DNA from: Tubiluchus corallicola
Lineage: Eukaryota > Animalia > Priapulida
DNA: 64,000 nt
Direction: 5' to 3'
NCBI GenBank assembly: GCA_030141605.1
Contig: JAQGDQ010000230.1
Location: forward strand, 124,001 to 188,000
Part shown: piece after piece, positions 37,720 to 50,035 of the stretch
Position numbering within the stretch: position 1 is the first letter of the stretch
Layout of the letters: each line of letters opens with the position of its first letter
The notes under the pieces: model-generated
What the model saw: the letters and a program-made list of their open reading frames with translations, nothing else
The model's database searches: none
Told to the model about the DNA's origin: nothing
Program-made: the position numbers and the translations under genes

Positions 37720-37790
37720 GCAGTGATCATATAGTGGTTAGTACATTGCGTTGTTTCTGCAATAACCCAGGCTCGAATCCTGTCACGGCA
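37720..37790 (+). pseudogene. tRNA-His-derived pseudogene / SINE head
   Basis: GCAGTGATCATATAGTGGTTAGTACATTGCGTTGTTTCTGCAATAACCCAGGCTCGAATCCTGTCACGGCA aligns with metazoan tRNA-His(GTG), but the anticodon loop, T-loop and acceptor stem are mutated. Confidence 0.8.
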
Positions 37791-37907
37791 CCTGTAATAA
37801 CGATGAACTGGTGTGATAAGTAGATAGTGTAGTTGTGATAGATAGGATAATGATACGTGGTGATACACATGAATACGTATAATATAGGATAATGATACAT
37901 TATACAT

Positions 37908-38512
<605 letters not shown>

Positions 38513-38597
38513 TATATATATATATGCAATATAGCAATATGCAAATATAGCAATGTATATATATATATATATATATATGTCATCAACATTAATGTCA

Positions 38598-38679
38598 TAT
38601 GTCATCAACATTAATTACATATCATTAATGAATCATATATATGATACATTAATGATATGTAATTAATGTTGATGACATA
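38598..38679. repeat. 82-bp near-perfect spacerless AT-rich palindrome
   Basis: 41-bp arms checked base by base; single mismatch (38631/38646). Confidence 0.9.
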
Positions 38680-39494
38680 CTGATAATTTGTAATCAAGAT
38701 TACGATATATTAACAGTACATAAATGACAATAATATGTAGTAGTACGATAAAATAGGATATACTAACAATATAATAATGGATTAGTAGTATTGATAGATA
38801 TTAAGATGTTATTTAAGATAACGATTGAACGATTGAATGATAGTATAGGATATGTTGACACAATGGACTAATAATATTGATAGCATCATGATATTAATTA
38901 AGATAACGATAGATAAAACATATGCTAAATATATTGTCAGATGAATAATTTAAATTTTGTATATAATTGAATGTTTTATTTATATGCGACACATTCACAT
39001 ATACGTTTGAACATCGAAAACAAACAGATAAGAATGTTTATGACATAACACATTGTAAAACTTACCATAACATGTATATCATAATTGTGAACAATGTACA
39101 CGCATATAAACTTTTGTACGCATTAGAAATGTACTAACATAGCTTATATCACATAATAATTGTACACAATTTCAACAGTACAATTCGTACACTTACATAC
39201 ATGAAAATCGCCACACTTATGTAATAACGTATAGGAAGGTTTCGACATGACTGCATTTGTGATAAAATTATCTTGGTGAGATGCTCACTAACATAATGCA
39301 GTCACTCATTCAGCACGTAGCTACTTTAATTTTTTAGTAGACAAATTTAAAAACCTGTGTAACGTTAGTAGTACGCAGACTGAAACGTTAGATTATCGTT
39401 ATTTTTTCACTTAACCTGATACTTTTTTAAATTTTTTATAAACAACGGACGAGTAATAGGTTACGACTTAAAATGTTTTATATTGATTACTTAC

Positions 39495-40030
39495 AGGAAA
39501 GGACAAATCACTCAGTATGTTGGGCTTTATTTTATTGTTATCACTTAAACTCAGAAAAATGTAACAAAGAAATTTGCAAAGAAGCGCCTATAAAGCATAA
39601 ATTTAAAATATACTACCTCTGAATAGAAATTTTCAGGCGTGGTGGTTGCCGCCATTCACGTGAAAATCATGACGTAACTGAGAGAATTCGTGACTTTTCG
39701 TAAGCGCGTCGTGGCTTTCCGTAAGCGCGCGCTGCTTAAATTAATTCAAACTTCTGCAGTTTACCAATGTGCACGCAAAAATATTGCAAAATTAGCTATC
39801 CATTTTTTTGTAAAAACTTATTATACTTTTGACGAAGATTGACAGTGCGCTACTTTTCTTTATGGCGAATGACGTCATTGGAAAAAGAATGGGCATTGAA
39901 AATGGGAGTGCCAAAGCATGAAGTGATCGCAACTTTAAAGTGATCTTAATAGTTAGACGAGGTACTTATTGCAGTTTTATTACTAAATCCTTCTAACACT
40001 TTTCGCTTTCTAGAAGGCTTGGCGTTTCCT
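39495..40030. mobile_element. Non-autonomous TTAA-inserting DNA element (Kolobok-like ends)
   Basis: AGGAAA...TTTCCT termini, TTAC/TTAA flanks; splits a sequence that is contiguous in the paralogous copy at 37665-37720. Confidence 0.6.
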
Positions 40031-40046
40031 TTAAGTAATTAATATG

Positions 40047-40222
40047 GCCGTGATCGTATAGTGGTCAATACGTTGCGATGTGTCCATAACAACCCAGACC
40101 CAGTTTCACAAAGCCGTCACTAACTTAACGACGTCGTTATTATTAGTTAAGTGAATGTAATAACGACGTCATTAACTTACCGACGGCTTTATGAAACTGA
40201 CCCCTGGATCCTGGTCACGGCA
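40047..40222 (+). pseudogene. Second tRNA-His-derived copy, interrupted by a MITE
   Basis: GCCGTGATCGTATAGTGGTC...AACAACCCAG [insert] CTGGATCCTGGTCACGGCA; same upstream TTAAGTAATTAATATG as the 37720 copy. Confidence 0.78.
40098..40203. mobile_element. Palindromic MITE (PIF/Harbinger-like ends)
   Basis: Long inverted arms CAGTTTCACAAAGCCGTC...AACGACGTCGTTATT / AATAACGACGTC...GACGGCTTTATGAAACTG; CAG/CTG flanks. Confidence 0.7.
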
Positions 40223-40616
40223 CCAGTAACTGGTGTAGTTGTTTATAAAATCTTTTGTTCAAACTTTTGTCTTGGACACTTTCTTATATGCTCAACTTCC
40301 GTTTCACTCCTTATGATGTTAACTGGACTTGGAAATCTATACGATCACGCAATCATTACTTTAGTGTTACAACATTCAGCTTTATTAGTTAGTGTTTTAA
40401 TTTTATAATCAAGCAATAAAATTTTTAAACAACTACATCAGTTTATTGCAAATGTGATGATTTAGATTTCTAGATATTAGAGTGTAGATACTAGATATTA
40501 GAGAATGCCATAATGGTGTTAACAAACCTAACGATTTCCGTGTAATCATTAATTTAAAGAATCTAAAGATTTAACAGTTAACTAATTTATGGAGATAGAA
40601 GGCTGAAAAATTAAAT

Positions 40617-40680
40617 CAGCCTGGATTCGAACCCAAAACCATGTGGTATCGGGCCACACATTCTGTCGTTTGGCCTATTT
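40617..40680 (-). mobile_element. tRNA-like SINE head fragment
   Basis: Minus strand B box GGTTCGAATCC with a degenerate A box upstream. Confidence 0.45.
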
Positions 40681-41198
40681 TGTCTGTATTCTCATACTAG
40701 TAGCACGCATTCTGTTAGAGCCACTTATTTACAGTTAAGCCAGGCATTAACTATCACGGTAAATGAGAGATAATTTGGTTACAATCATTTATTCATCTCT
40801 TTGTCAATACAATATATCACGAAAGTTTTAGGTGCCTAGTTTTGTATTCTGGCTTTATTCTAGAACTAACTAAAGCGCAAAAAATATTAGATGTTTGGGT
40901 GACGACAGCTGCACATGATCAGATTCCATTGTCCAATAATCGTAATTGAAGCTTAAATGCTTACAGCTTCTTCCCAGCAATATAAGCTGTGCACTGGTTT
41001 TGGATGGCTGATCTATTAGCTGACCGTTCAAATCAATCATTGGACCGCTGCATTTCAGTTGGCTCGTTTATTATTAATACAACAAGATTTTCGCATGGCT
41101 GTGACAGCCGTAGCTTGTTTTCCGAGGGAGAGAGAAAAAGAGAGAAAGAGAGCGAGACAGATCGATGGAGAGAGAAACGAAAAAAGAGAGAGTGTGTG

Positions 41199-41236
<38 letters not shown>

Positions 41237-44218
41237 AAATTCGTATAAGTTATAAGAATCAAGCGTATAAGAAATAAGGCTACGCAAAAATTGTAGAATT
41301 TATTACGAGTTTATTATGAGCAGAATTTTATGAGCGCATATCCAGTTAAGAACTTCTCTGAGTCTGACTCTTAGTCGACTACACTTCTGTTTCTTTTCTT
41401 GCACACGTTCTTATTTTTCTTTACTGTGCTTCATTACTGTTTTATTCGCTTTGCTTAATTAAATTATTTAACAGAATTATAAAATGTATAATATATATTT
41501 ATTTAATAACATTACCAAATGTGCCGGAGAAATGGCTTACTGAAGCCATAATATTAGCGATAAATAAGTGGTGCAACATTTCAACGTAGTTAAGGTGTAT
41601 AGAACGCTGGATCTTTTTCTGCAAATTTCTTAAAATATTTTACTTCAAAAGTTATAGAACTCGTCTTTTTCCTCGGTGGTTTAGCTGCTTGTAAATTATA
41701 ACTCAATAATTTTTCTTTTCGCAGCTGATGCCTCTTGCAGCTTTTCCTTAAATGGCGAATCCAAACCAAACAAGGAGAATCTCACAGTTTTGAGCGGGTT
41801 TGACTGCATCACTCACAAAACCGATAGAGAAGTGTTATAAACTGCCTGCCGGGCGTCACTGACCGCTTATTTCTCTACAAACAGAACAGAACGTTTTATT
41901 TGCTTGAGAGAAATACTCATTAGAGCCTGGATCCGGATGCGAAAATTACATTTTCTCAGCAGATTTTCTATCAGGTTGAACTGCGGTGATTTGCGGCTTC
42001 ACTGTTCGAATTCACAAGCAGAATTTCGCTGCAGGTATGACGTCAGAGCAACGTCATTCATCCCCAAGATGGTGTTGAAAAGTTCAGTAGCCTGTTGTCA
42101 AATGTTTTAAAGCAAGTATCTTAGCGTTGTCAGTACAGATGCTAAGCACGGCAGTAAGCATTTTTGAAAGTAAAATCAGCAGTGTTGCTGAAGCAGTTTA
42201 CTGCAGGGACTGACACACGATCAACTCTTGTTGAACTCGCTTATTTGCCACAGTCAATAAATTCTGTTTAAATCATTGCAATCAATTTTGTTACATGACC
42301 TGCGAAAATGATTGTTGACATTTTCCCTTTTTCGGTAAACCTCTAATAGGTATCAGGTATATTAGTAGTAATAGTAAATATATTCTATAGTAAACGTATG
42401 TAAGATGCTCGTCCCTTCACGTTTCTCCTCACATTCATGCTTTTATTGTTTCAGAATTTATTTTTAAATGTGTGTTTTTAGTGAAAGTGAAATAAAATTG
42501 AATAAATAAGGTACAATTTTGAATCAAGTAAAATTAAAGAACACTGTGCAAATATTGATCATTCCAACAAAACGGGTTTCATTTCAGCAAAAAATTTCGG
42601 TATTTATAAACGGTTTAAATTAACTGTTGATCCAACTCGTGTTAAATGTGTGTCAAAGTCATTAGGATGTCATTTGCCATTATTTGTCGACCTGTGCAAA
42701 ATGTTATTTTTATAAAAAACGTGATTATTTCATTAACGTCAGACCAAACTTAGAGAGCGTTTATAAAGGGTTCATTAAGACAAGAATGTCTTCTCGATCC
42801 CAAGAGACAGATGTATTGAGAACGCTATTGAAGGAAAATGAGTTTGTGCTGAGCTGAATTTAACTGAGTTGAATAGAGTTAAGTTGAGTTGGGAGTTGAG
42901 AATTGATTTTGAGTTAGTTTGGGACTTTGAGGTCGCTTCAGACTACAGTTGAGATGAGTTCAAACTTCAGTTGCCGACCGAGATGATTAAACGTGGACTG
43001 CTCATAAAGGCTGCGGAGTGTGGGCAGTTTGCATAGAATATTGACATGATAAATCAATATATTTTATCGTTGCATTCACTCTAATGTTGCCATAACACCA
43101 TGACGCACTAAATAGGCCTACTATTCAATGCAGCGTTATAATATCTAGTCAACTGAATTAATTGCATTCGCCACTATTAGTGTATTTTAGCACCAAGCGA
43201 CACTATAGTATTCAACATAGTTTGTATACAGCCGCCAATAATACGCAAACATTCCGAGTAGTGTCAATTTTTCACATCCGTGTCAGTTTGTCCTCACGCG
43301 CAATTTCTTTATTGCTACCATGGAACTCGTCAATATTTATTCCAGTTTACTTGTTCACATCAACGTAAATCGATTGCCTCAGAATTTAGATCGTCACGTA
43401 ATTTACGATATTTGCGTCTGCGTATTATTACAAAATGTACAAATGCCAGCAAGAAAATTACACAAATTTTCATTTCTTGCTGGCATTTATAAGAAAAGAT
43501 ATTTCGTGATTTCCTCTAAAACATATTTGTTTCAATCAAATAGTTACTTAAAAATGCCTTAGAGTAAGACGGCTTTCTTTCACTGTATTCTTAGCTGTGG
43601 TTTTTGGCACAAGAAAATCATTCAAGAAAATGTATGGTGGTTACGGTCAAGCCGTACACGAATATAAAATCCACCCTAGAAACGTTTCTTGCATAGTAAG
43701 TTCATTCCTTTGTAAAATATAATTAAAACAATATAAATATAGTGAAAAGTTTATCATATCCTAATATGTAGACTGCAAACTCTGAAAGTGGACCGACTGT
43801 AGTACATATTCAGCAGCTATGCAGTACTAACCCTTTCCTGCAGACAAAAAGTCTGTACACGGGCTCTTTAAAAACGAAATAAGCTAATCACTTCGATTTA
43901 GTGAATTAACGTAACACTGCGCAAATGCTGTTTATTACTATGTTGCAAAGTTTCTGTTAAACTGCATATAAGCACATAGCATATCTTACTTGCAGTTTTT
44001 CTGAGATAAACTTCGTTTTCATTTACTTTCAAAGCAAAATAATTAGTTTGTACATTTAGGTCTACTTTCCTACAAGCGGTAGCACTGGTTTTATCGATTT
44101 AGCTTTGTGCTTTTCCCATCTATGTATTTTTTTAATCCGTAGCTTTCCTTTTCAGTTTCTGTATCTAATCATCTGTGCCTTCAGTTTTTACGGCTTCTTT
44201 TCAAACTTCTAGGCATGT

Positions 44219-44450
44219 TCGCGTCAGCTAAAGGGCTTCATTGAGAAGCTTTGAGATAGTCTTTGAGCACAGTCATGCGTCACATGCAAAAACTCCTTTG
44301 GATTACAGAAGCCAAGATTGATTTTGTCCGAGCGTCTGACGTCGACGTGACGCATGACACAGGACACTGTCGAATCGCTGCGTGGTCGGATGACGTCACA
44401 CATCGATCGCCTGCTTGCTGAGCGGGCGAGAACTGAAGCCGTTAGTACTT
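44219..44450 (+). promoter_or_regulatory. Putative promoter with clustered cAMP-response elements
   Basis: Perfect TGACGTCA at 44391-44398, TGACGTCG at 44337, TGACGCA at 44348, CGTCA half sites at 44222 and 44278; locally CpG-rich; directly upstream of ATG 44490. Confidence 0.6.
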
Positions 44451-44489
44451 TTCCGACACTCGGGAGGCAAGTCTGTAGAACACAAAGTC

Positions 44490-45314
44490 ATGGAGAAGTT
44501 ATTCACAGGCATTTTTATGGCCACGTTGGCGGCCATATGTTACAGTTACCCCTACCCGATGAGCTATCAAAGGTCGGAAGAGAGTTTGAAACCACGAGTC
44601 TCATTGCTGGAGTACTTGCGCGAACTGGAAAGACCTCAAAGTAGTTATGATTATCCATTAATAGAAAGTGAAGATCGACAGTGGTATCCATACGAAGAGC
44701 GACCATATACAGATGCAGGTTATACTTTCGAGGAACAGTATTTACCATATGATGAAACGCAAGACGACTACTATGATGAACTTAGTGACGACGAAATAGA
44801 ATCATTTCTTTCAACGCTGGAGAGCTTATTAAATGCCCAAAACAAAGACACCGGACCACTTTATGGATTAGATACCGGAATTGAACCGACCGAAAATGAA
44901 GAAGAGAAAGAAGACTATGAACAAGAAACAGAAGATGATGTAGATGACCCGGAGAAAGAAATAGAAAACCCGCAACCTGAGGACAATGAAGAAACCGGCG
45001 ATGAGGACATTTTGAGTAAAGAACTTGAAGAAGTTCAGTCAGGCTCATTAGACCATCCTGTAAATGAAGCAGAAGTGAAAGACGAAGAAATCCAGACGCC
45101 AAAAGAAATTCAAGAAGAAATGGACTTGAAAAGAGGCCAACCTGAAACAGTGAGCGTTGAAGGTAAATTAGGCGCACAAGTCTCAGAGGTACAATATGAC
45201 AAAAAAGAAGAAAATCAACTAGAAGAGTTGAGGCATAATCCATACGACAGTTTGGGAGAGAAGAATGTGAACGCAAAGAAGGCAAGCCATCCATTACCAC
45301 TTCAAGTACACTAA
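44490..45314 (+). CDS. Secreted acidic Tyr-rich protein, granin/prohormone-like, 274 aa, family unrecognised
   Basis: GTCATGG start, hydrophobic signal peptide MEKLFTGIFMATLAAICYS, about 27% Asp/Glu by manual count, 19 Tyr, KR and KK sites, no Cys in the mature chain; purine-rich coding-like DNA in a single long ORF. Confidence 0.8.
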   Translation: MEKLFTGIFMATLAAICYSYPYPMSYQRSEESLKPRVSLLEYLRELERPQSSYDYPLIESEDRQWYPYEERPYTDAGYTFEEQYLPYDETQDDYYDELSDDEIESFLSTLESLLNAQNKDTGPLYGLDTGIEPTENEEEKEDYEQETEDDVDDPEKEIENPQPEDNEETGDEDILSKELEEVQSGSLDHPVNEAEVKDEEIQTPKEIQEEMDLKRGQPETVSVEGKLGAQVSEVQYDKKEENQLEELRHNPYDSLGEKNVNAKKASHPLPLQVH

Positions 45315-45534
45315 ACAGATTTATAGGTGAGTGTAAATAAATTTTTATGGTTGATAGTGACAAGTTAATTTTATAACAGGTGCCAGCAAAATGAGAATCA
45401 TTTTTGTCTAATCTAGTTTAAGCATCTTTCTGTTATCATGTTTTTAGTGCTATTATCGTCATCATCACTCGTTATCATTGTGATTATTGCCATTATTATA
45501 GCATTACAGTTAGCCACGAAAACGGCATCGTAAT

Positions 45535-45552
45535 CCGTCGTCGTCGTCGTCG

Positions 45553-45595
<43 letters not shown>

Positions 45596-45600
45596 ACTCA
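45535..45600. repeat. (CGT)n(CAT)n microsatellite
   Basis: Directly visible. Confidence 0.9.
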
Positions 45601-46342
45601 TACTCATTATGATTCGTTGTGATTACCATTCTAATCATCATCATCGTCATAACCATCATCGTCGTTATCACTAACAACATATTTTCGTCATCTTTGTTTT
45701 CATTGCCGTTGTATCGTCACGTCGCGTCAACATTAGTTGCGTCACCATATACAATCACTGCGCTATTCGAGAGTTAGTCAGTGGAAAATCCAATCAATTT
45801 TTATGAGGCTTTTAAGTAAATTACGTTGTATTTATGCCAGTCATAAAAGTACACTTGCATATAAGTGGGCTAACTGCTAAACATTTACAACACCCGCGAT
45901 AACAGGAAAGTTCTTCGCAGACTGACACGTACGCAATTAACGTACGTGTATGTACGGTGTAATAGAGCAGTTTGCGTGGGAGCGTAAGCTATCTGGCATA
46001 CTACCCTGATGAAGTATTGCTGAAGCCAAGTGAGAGGCAAAACTAGTTATTTACAATGGAAAGGTCGCAAAGCGAGTAAATAATTTGCACCGCGAATCAA
46101 TGCTAGGTGAGAGATAATGGCAGCGGCAACATAGGGAAATGTGAACGATAAATATTTAATAAAGTAAAGAGCTGTCCATTTTCCCAAGCAGTTTGGCTGC
46201 GAACATACGGCCTAGGCACAATATAAAAAAAGTATGGAGCACCGAAGTACCTAGTTGGAAATGAAGAAACATTTCATTCCTTTGACATAGTATGTCGTTC
46301 TCGGGGCTTCCTACTGTTACTCTTACTCTATGTCTTTCCTAG

Positions 46343-46485
46343 AATCTCAAGTGGAAGGCATGGAATGAGAATAGACAGCTACCACATGTGCCGAGGGATT
46401 TGACACTTTTGTTTCTTTAGTACCGTGATGAATAATATATTGCTAAAAAGATTAAACGTAATAAAAGTTAGAGGAAGAACAAAGA
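46343..46485 (+). other. Putative terminal (3'UTR) exon of the acidic secreted protein gene
   Basis: AG|gtgagt donor at 45327, pyrimidine tract plus ctag acceptor at 46341-46342, ATTAAA at 46451 and AATAAA at 46460. Confidence 0.4.
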
Positions 46486-47631
46486 AAGAAAGAAAGAAAG
46501 AAAGAAAAAAGAATTGGCAAAAGGCCAAAAACACAAAGTGAGAGAGAGCGGGGGTGAGAGAGAGAAAGACAAAGAGAAAAATACGGAGCGAGAGAGCAAG
46601 AGGGAGAGAGAAAGAGAGAGAAAGAAAGAGAGAGAGAGAGAGAGAGCGACAGAGAAACTGAATGACGAATAAAAAATATTAACTTCTTACTGGAGGAAAA
46701 GGGAGAAGCGGACAAAAAGGCATTTCTACTTGTAATAGTGACGACGATCGTAGTGTCGTTGGTGTAGACCAACATAGAAATGAAAAAGCAGGCGATGACA
46801 ACGATGACGATGATGATAGTGGTGATTTCGCACATTCAATAATTGCTACTTGACTCGTTTACCTTCTATAAAAATGAGCACAAACCAGTACGATTCGATA
46901 GCAAAACGCTGGCCCAAATAAGATCTTATGTATAACAATATTCGTGAGCGTGGAATTGATTATTAGATTTATCCGATTCCTTTTGGTAATTTCCCTAAAG
47001 ACTTGACCTTTTTCTTTTGATCTACAAACCCAGTATAGGACAAAATATCGGATGTAAATAGTAGAATTGTTAATGTGATTTGGTAGTAAGAGCTACTAAG
47101 TATTTTTGTTACACATTTTGGTCAACACAAAAATTCGAAAAATTTTTAAATTAGCTACTAAGACAATCAAACTGTAACCTTATAAAACATTTTGTACTTG
47201 GGTAAACGGAAGGTTGCTTTATCGTGACTCGTGAGTACTTTGTGCGTTTATGTAGACAGTTAAAAGTTACGTACAATAAAATTTTAAAGTTTTTTCATAT
47301 TTTATTTGATAACTACAAGTGGCGATCTAGGTTTTTTATGTCACAATACGGATCTAGAACGAAACGCATAACTTGTCCTGGCAATAGCGTCGTTTGTTAT
47401 TAATGCATTTTGCGTTTTGTTAACCAAGCATAATCAACTGAAATTAACATCGTACATGTAAAATGTATTCGCTGCCTTTTTAAATTTTAATCAACTGTAT
47501 GTAGATATATATATATATATAATATTCAATGTAAGTGTTTCTTACTTTTAACTTTTTGTACAATTTTCATAAATGTTCGTAACTTTGTTGTCGTGTGTAT
47601 TGCATAAGTATTTTCGGTGTTGAATTAAGTT

Positions 47632-47909
<278 letters not shown>

Positions 47910-49936
47910 AGAGACGTTGCTGTTTATAGTTGCTTTATTAGCATTCATCTGGCTTCGACTATCGATGTTGACTGTTGTAATAATAGTAACGGTGTTTCAT
48001 ATCGAGGTCGATCGATTAACTAAGGTTAATATTTCACATACCCAATAGGTCTGCACACAGTGGTGCAAATAATTAATGAGACTTGCTCTTTCGTGGCCTA
48101 TGTACTTGTATAATATGTACTAAGTATATTGGCGTTAGAGATCTTCTTCTGGTTATGCCTCTCCATTACAGATATTATATCAGTCACAAAGAACTGACTA
48201 GTTTTGACAATAGAATGCAAAATAGTCATAAAATTCTCAAAGCTTCTATTAATTACGTAACATATCTTGCAGTGGTAATAAATTTTTCATTATTTTTACT
48301 CTTAAACAACCACTTTACCAACGTTATAGAAGCCAGAATAGAAAACGTGCAAGTAAGTTTCTTTATTTTTGTCTATTTATTTTTCACTTTCACGATTTAA
48401 ATAGCTATAATAACAATGATGAGCTTATCAACTGAACAACACAAAAACGCCGGTGCAGTTTTGTTAGCGTTAACGCATTTATGATTGATAAAAAACAACG
48501 ACAGTCATTTGCACCTGGCTCTTTATTAAACACATTTCGCCTCTTTTACAACGTCATTAGAAGTAACATGAGCGTCTTCAAGATGGCGCCGTCACAAACT
48601 CGAGGGAGTTGCGTCTGCAAATGAGATTTGCACGGTAATGATATTATTTATATTTCATATACTAAGCTGAATCACATAAGCGGCGCATACGAATAATTGG
48701 TAACATTTTGCAAGAATAATTCGGCAACAATGACCTTGAATTTCCCGTAACAATGAAATATTCAATGTCAATGAGGCTAAAAATGACCTCTTATGTGCAA
48801 ATAGAGACTTGACGTTCCTGAAATGTTTCAGTCAGTTTTTTATGATAAATTGCACAGTTTGTAACTTGCTCATCGAGACACGCAGTTTCTAGTGTCTAGG
48901 CTAGTTTGATTTTCATGCAAATCTTTCAAGAAGCTGCCATGTTTTTGAAACAAATAGCCCACCTTTATTACGTCTAGCTCCACTCCGGGATTTGGGATTT
49001 AGAAGTCTTCGTGAAAGCAAATCACTTTTTCGCTCGACTTTATTTGCAGCGGATATTATTACGACGGAAATTACCAATCTTGATTTTGTTTGACAAATAA
49101 CCTAGGCTGTAACAATGTTAGCTTACCTCTTCAGCTAAGGGTCAGTTTCTTGAGCAAAATGAAGGATAAAGTATTAAAATCGTATAAAACGTATCAAAAT
49201 GCAAAATGAATGCGGGGTAAGATAAGATCCTGATTAATTTTGATCAAAAAATTAGAAGAACAAGTTACAGCATTATTTTCAACAGCACCGCGCGACAGAA
49301 AATAAGTTGTGGTAGTTAAAGACATACGTTGGCACTGACTGACTGACTTACTTACTGGCTAACTGACTGGCTGATTGACTGACTGACTGAGTGACTGACT
49401 TCCTAAGTGCCAAGGTGAATGAAAAATTTAATAATTTACCAAGTCCTTTCGCTTTTCTGTTACCGAGATTTTGCGCTGATGAACGCACCAACTCGTACAA
49501 GACATACAGATCACGAGCTGAATTTTTCTTTCGTCTCGAAATTTCTCTTTTCAAAATGTCTAATCTGTTTGCGATGTTGAAATCAGCTGCCCTCTACACA
49601 TGTTCAAAGACGATTTCATTTCCGATTTCTACTGAATTATAAATGTGAAGATAAGATCTGACAAAGAAATTACGAAATAGCTAAAGCTCCAACAATGCTA
49701 CATCATCTGTTTAATGGGGGCTGACTAATAGAAATGTTGAACTCTGCGATGTTGTGCATCTAACACTGTCAGTTGGATTTTAAAATTCGGGGTAATTATT
49801 TCTGCTCAGATTTCTGTATCTGAAGGACAATAGTGACAGGTTTCCTAGATTGTACTTGTAGTGCTATTTTGATCGAAGAAGCTTTGCTTCCGGTTTTTAT
49901 CATCATTAACATCATCGTGATCACCACCCCCACAAC

Positions 49937-50034
<98 letters not shown>
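49937..50034. repeat. (ATC)n microsatellite
   Basis: Directly visible. Confidence 0.95.

Positions 50035-50035
<1 letters not shown>

Noticed and set aside
37720-37790. Functional tRNA-His gene
   Set aside because: Anticodon loop (GTT rather than GTG), T-loop GGCTCG and acceptor/T-stem defects; called a pseudogene instead
44354-44644. Overlapping 96-aa upstream ORF, and the TTG start at 44415
   Set aside because: Both begin inside the putative promoter; ATG 44490 gives a good Kozak context and a clean signal peptide
49283-49300. REST/RE1-like motif CAGCACCGCGCGACAG
   Set aside because: Wrong spacing and mismatched right half
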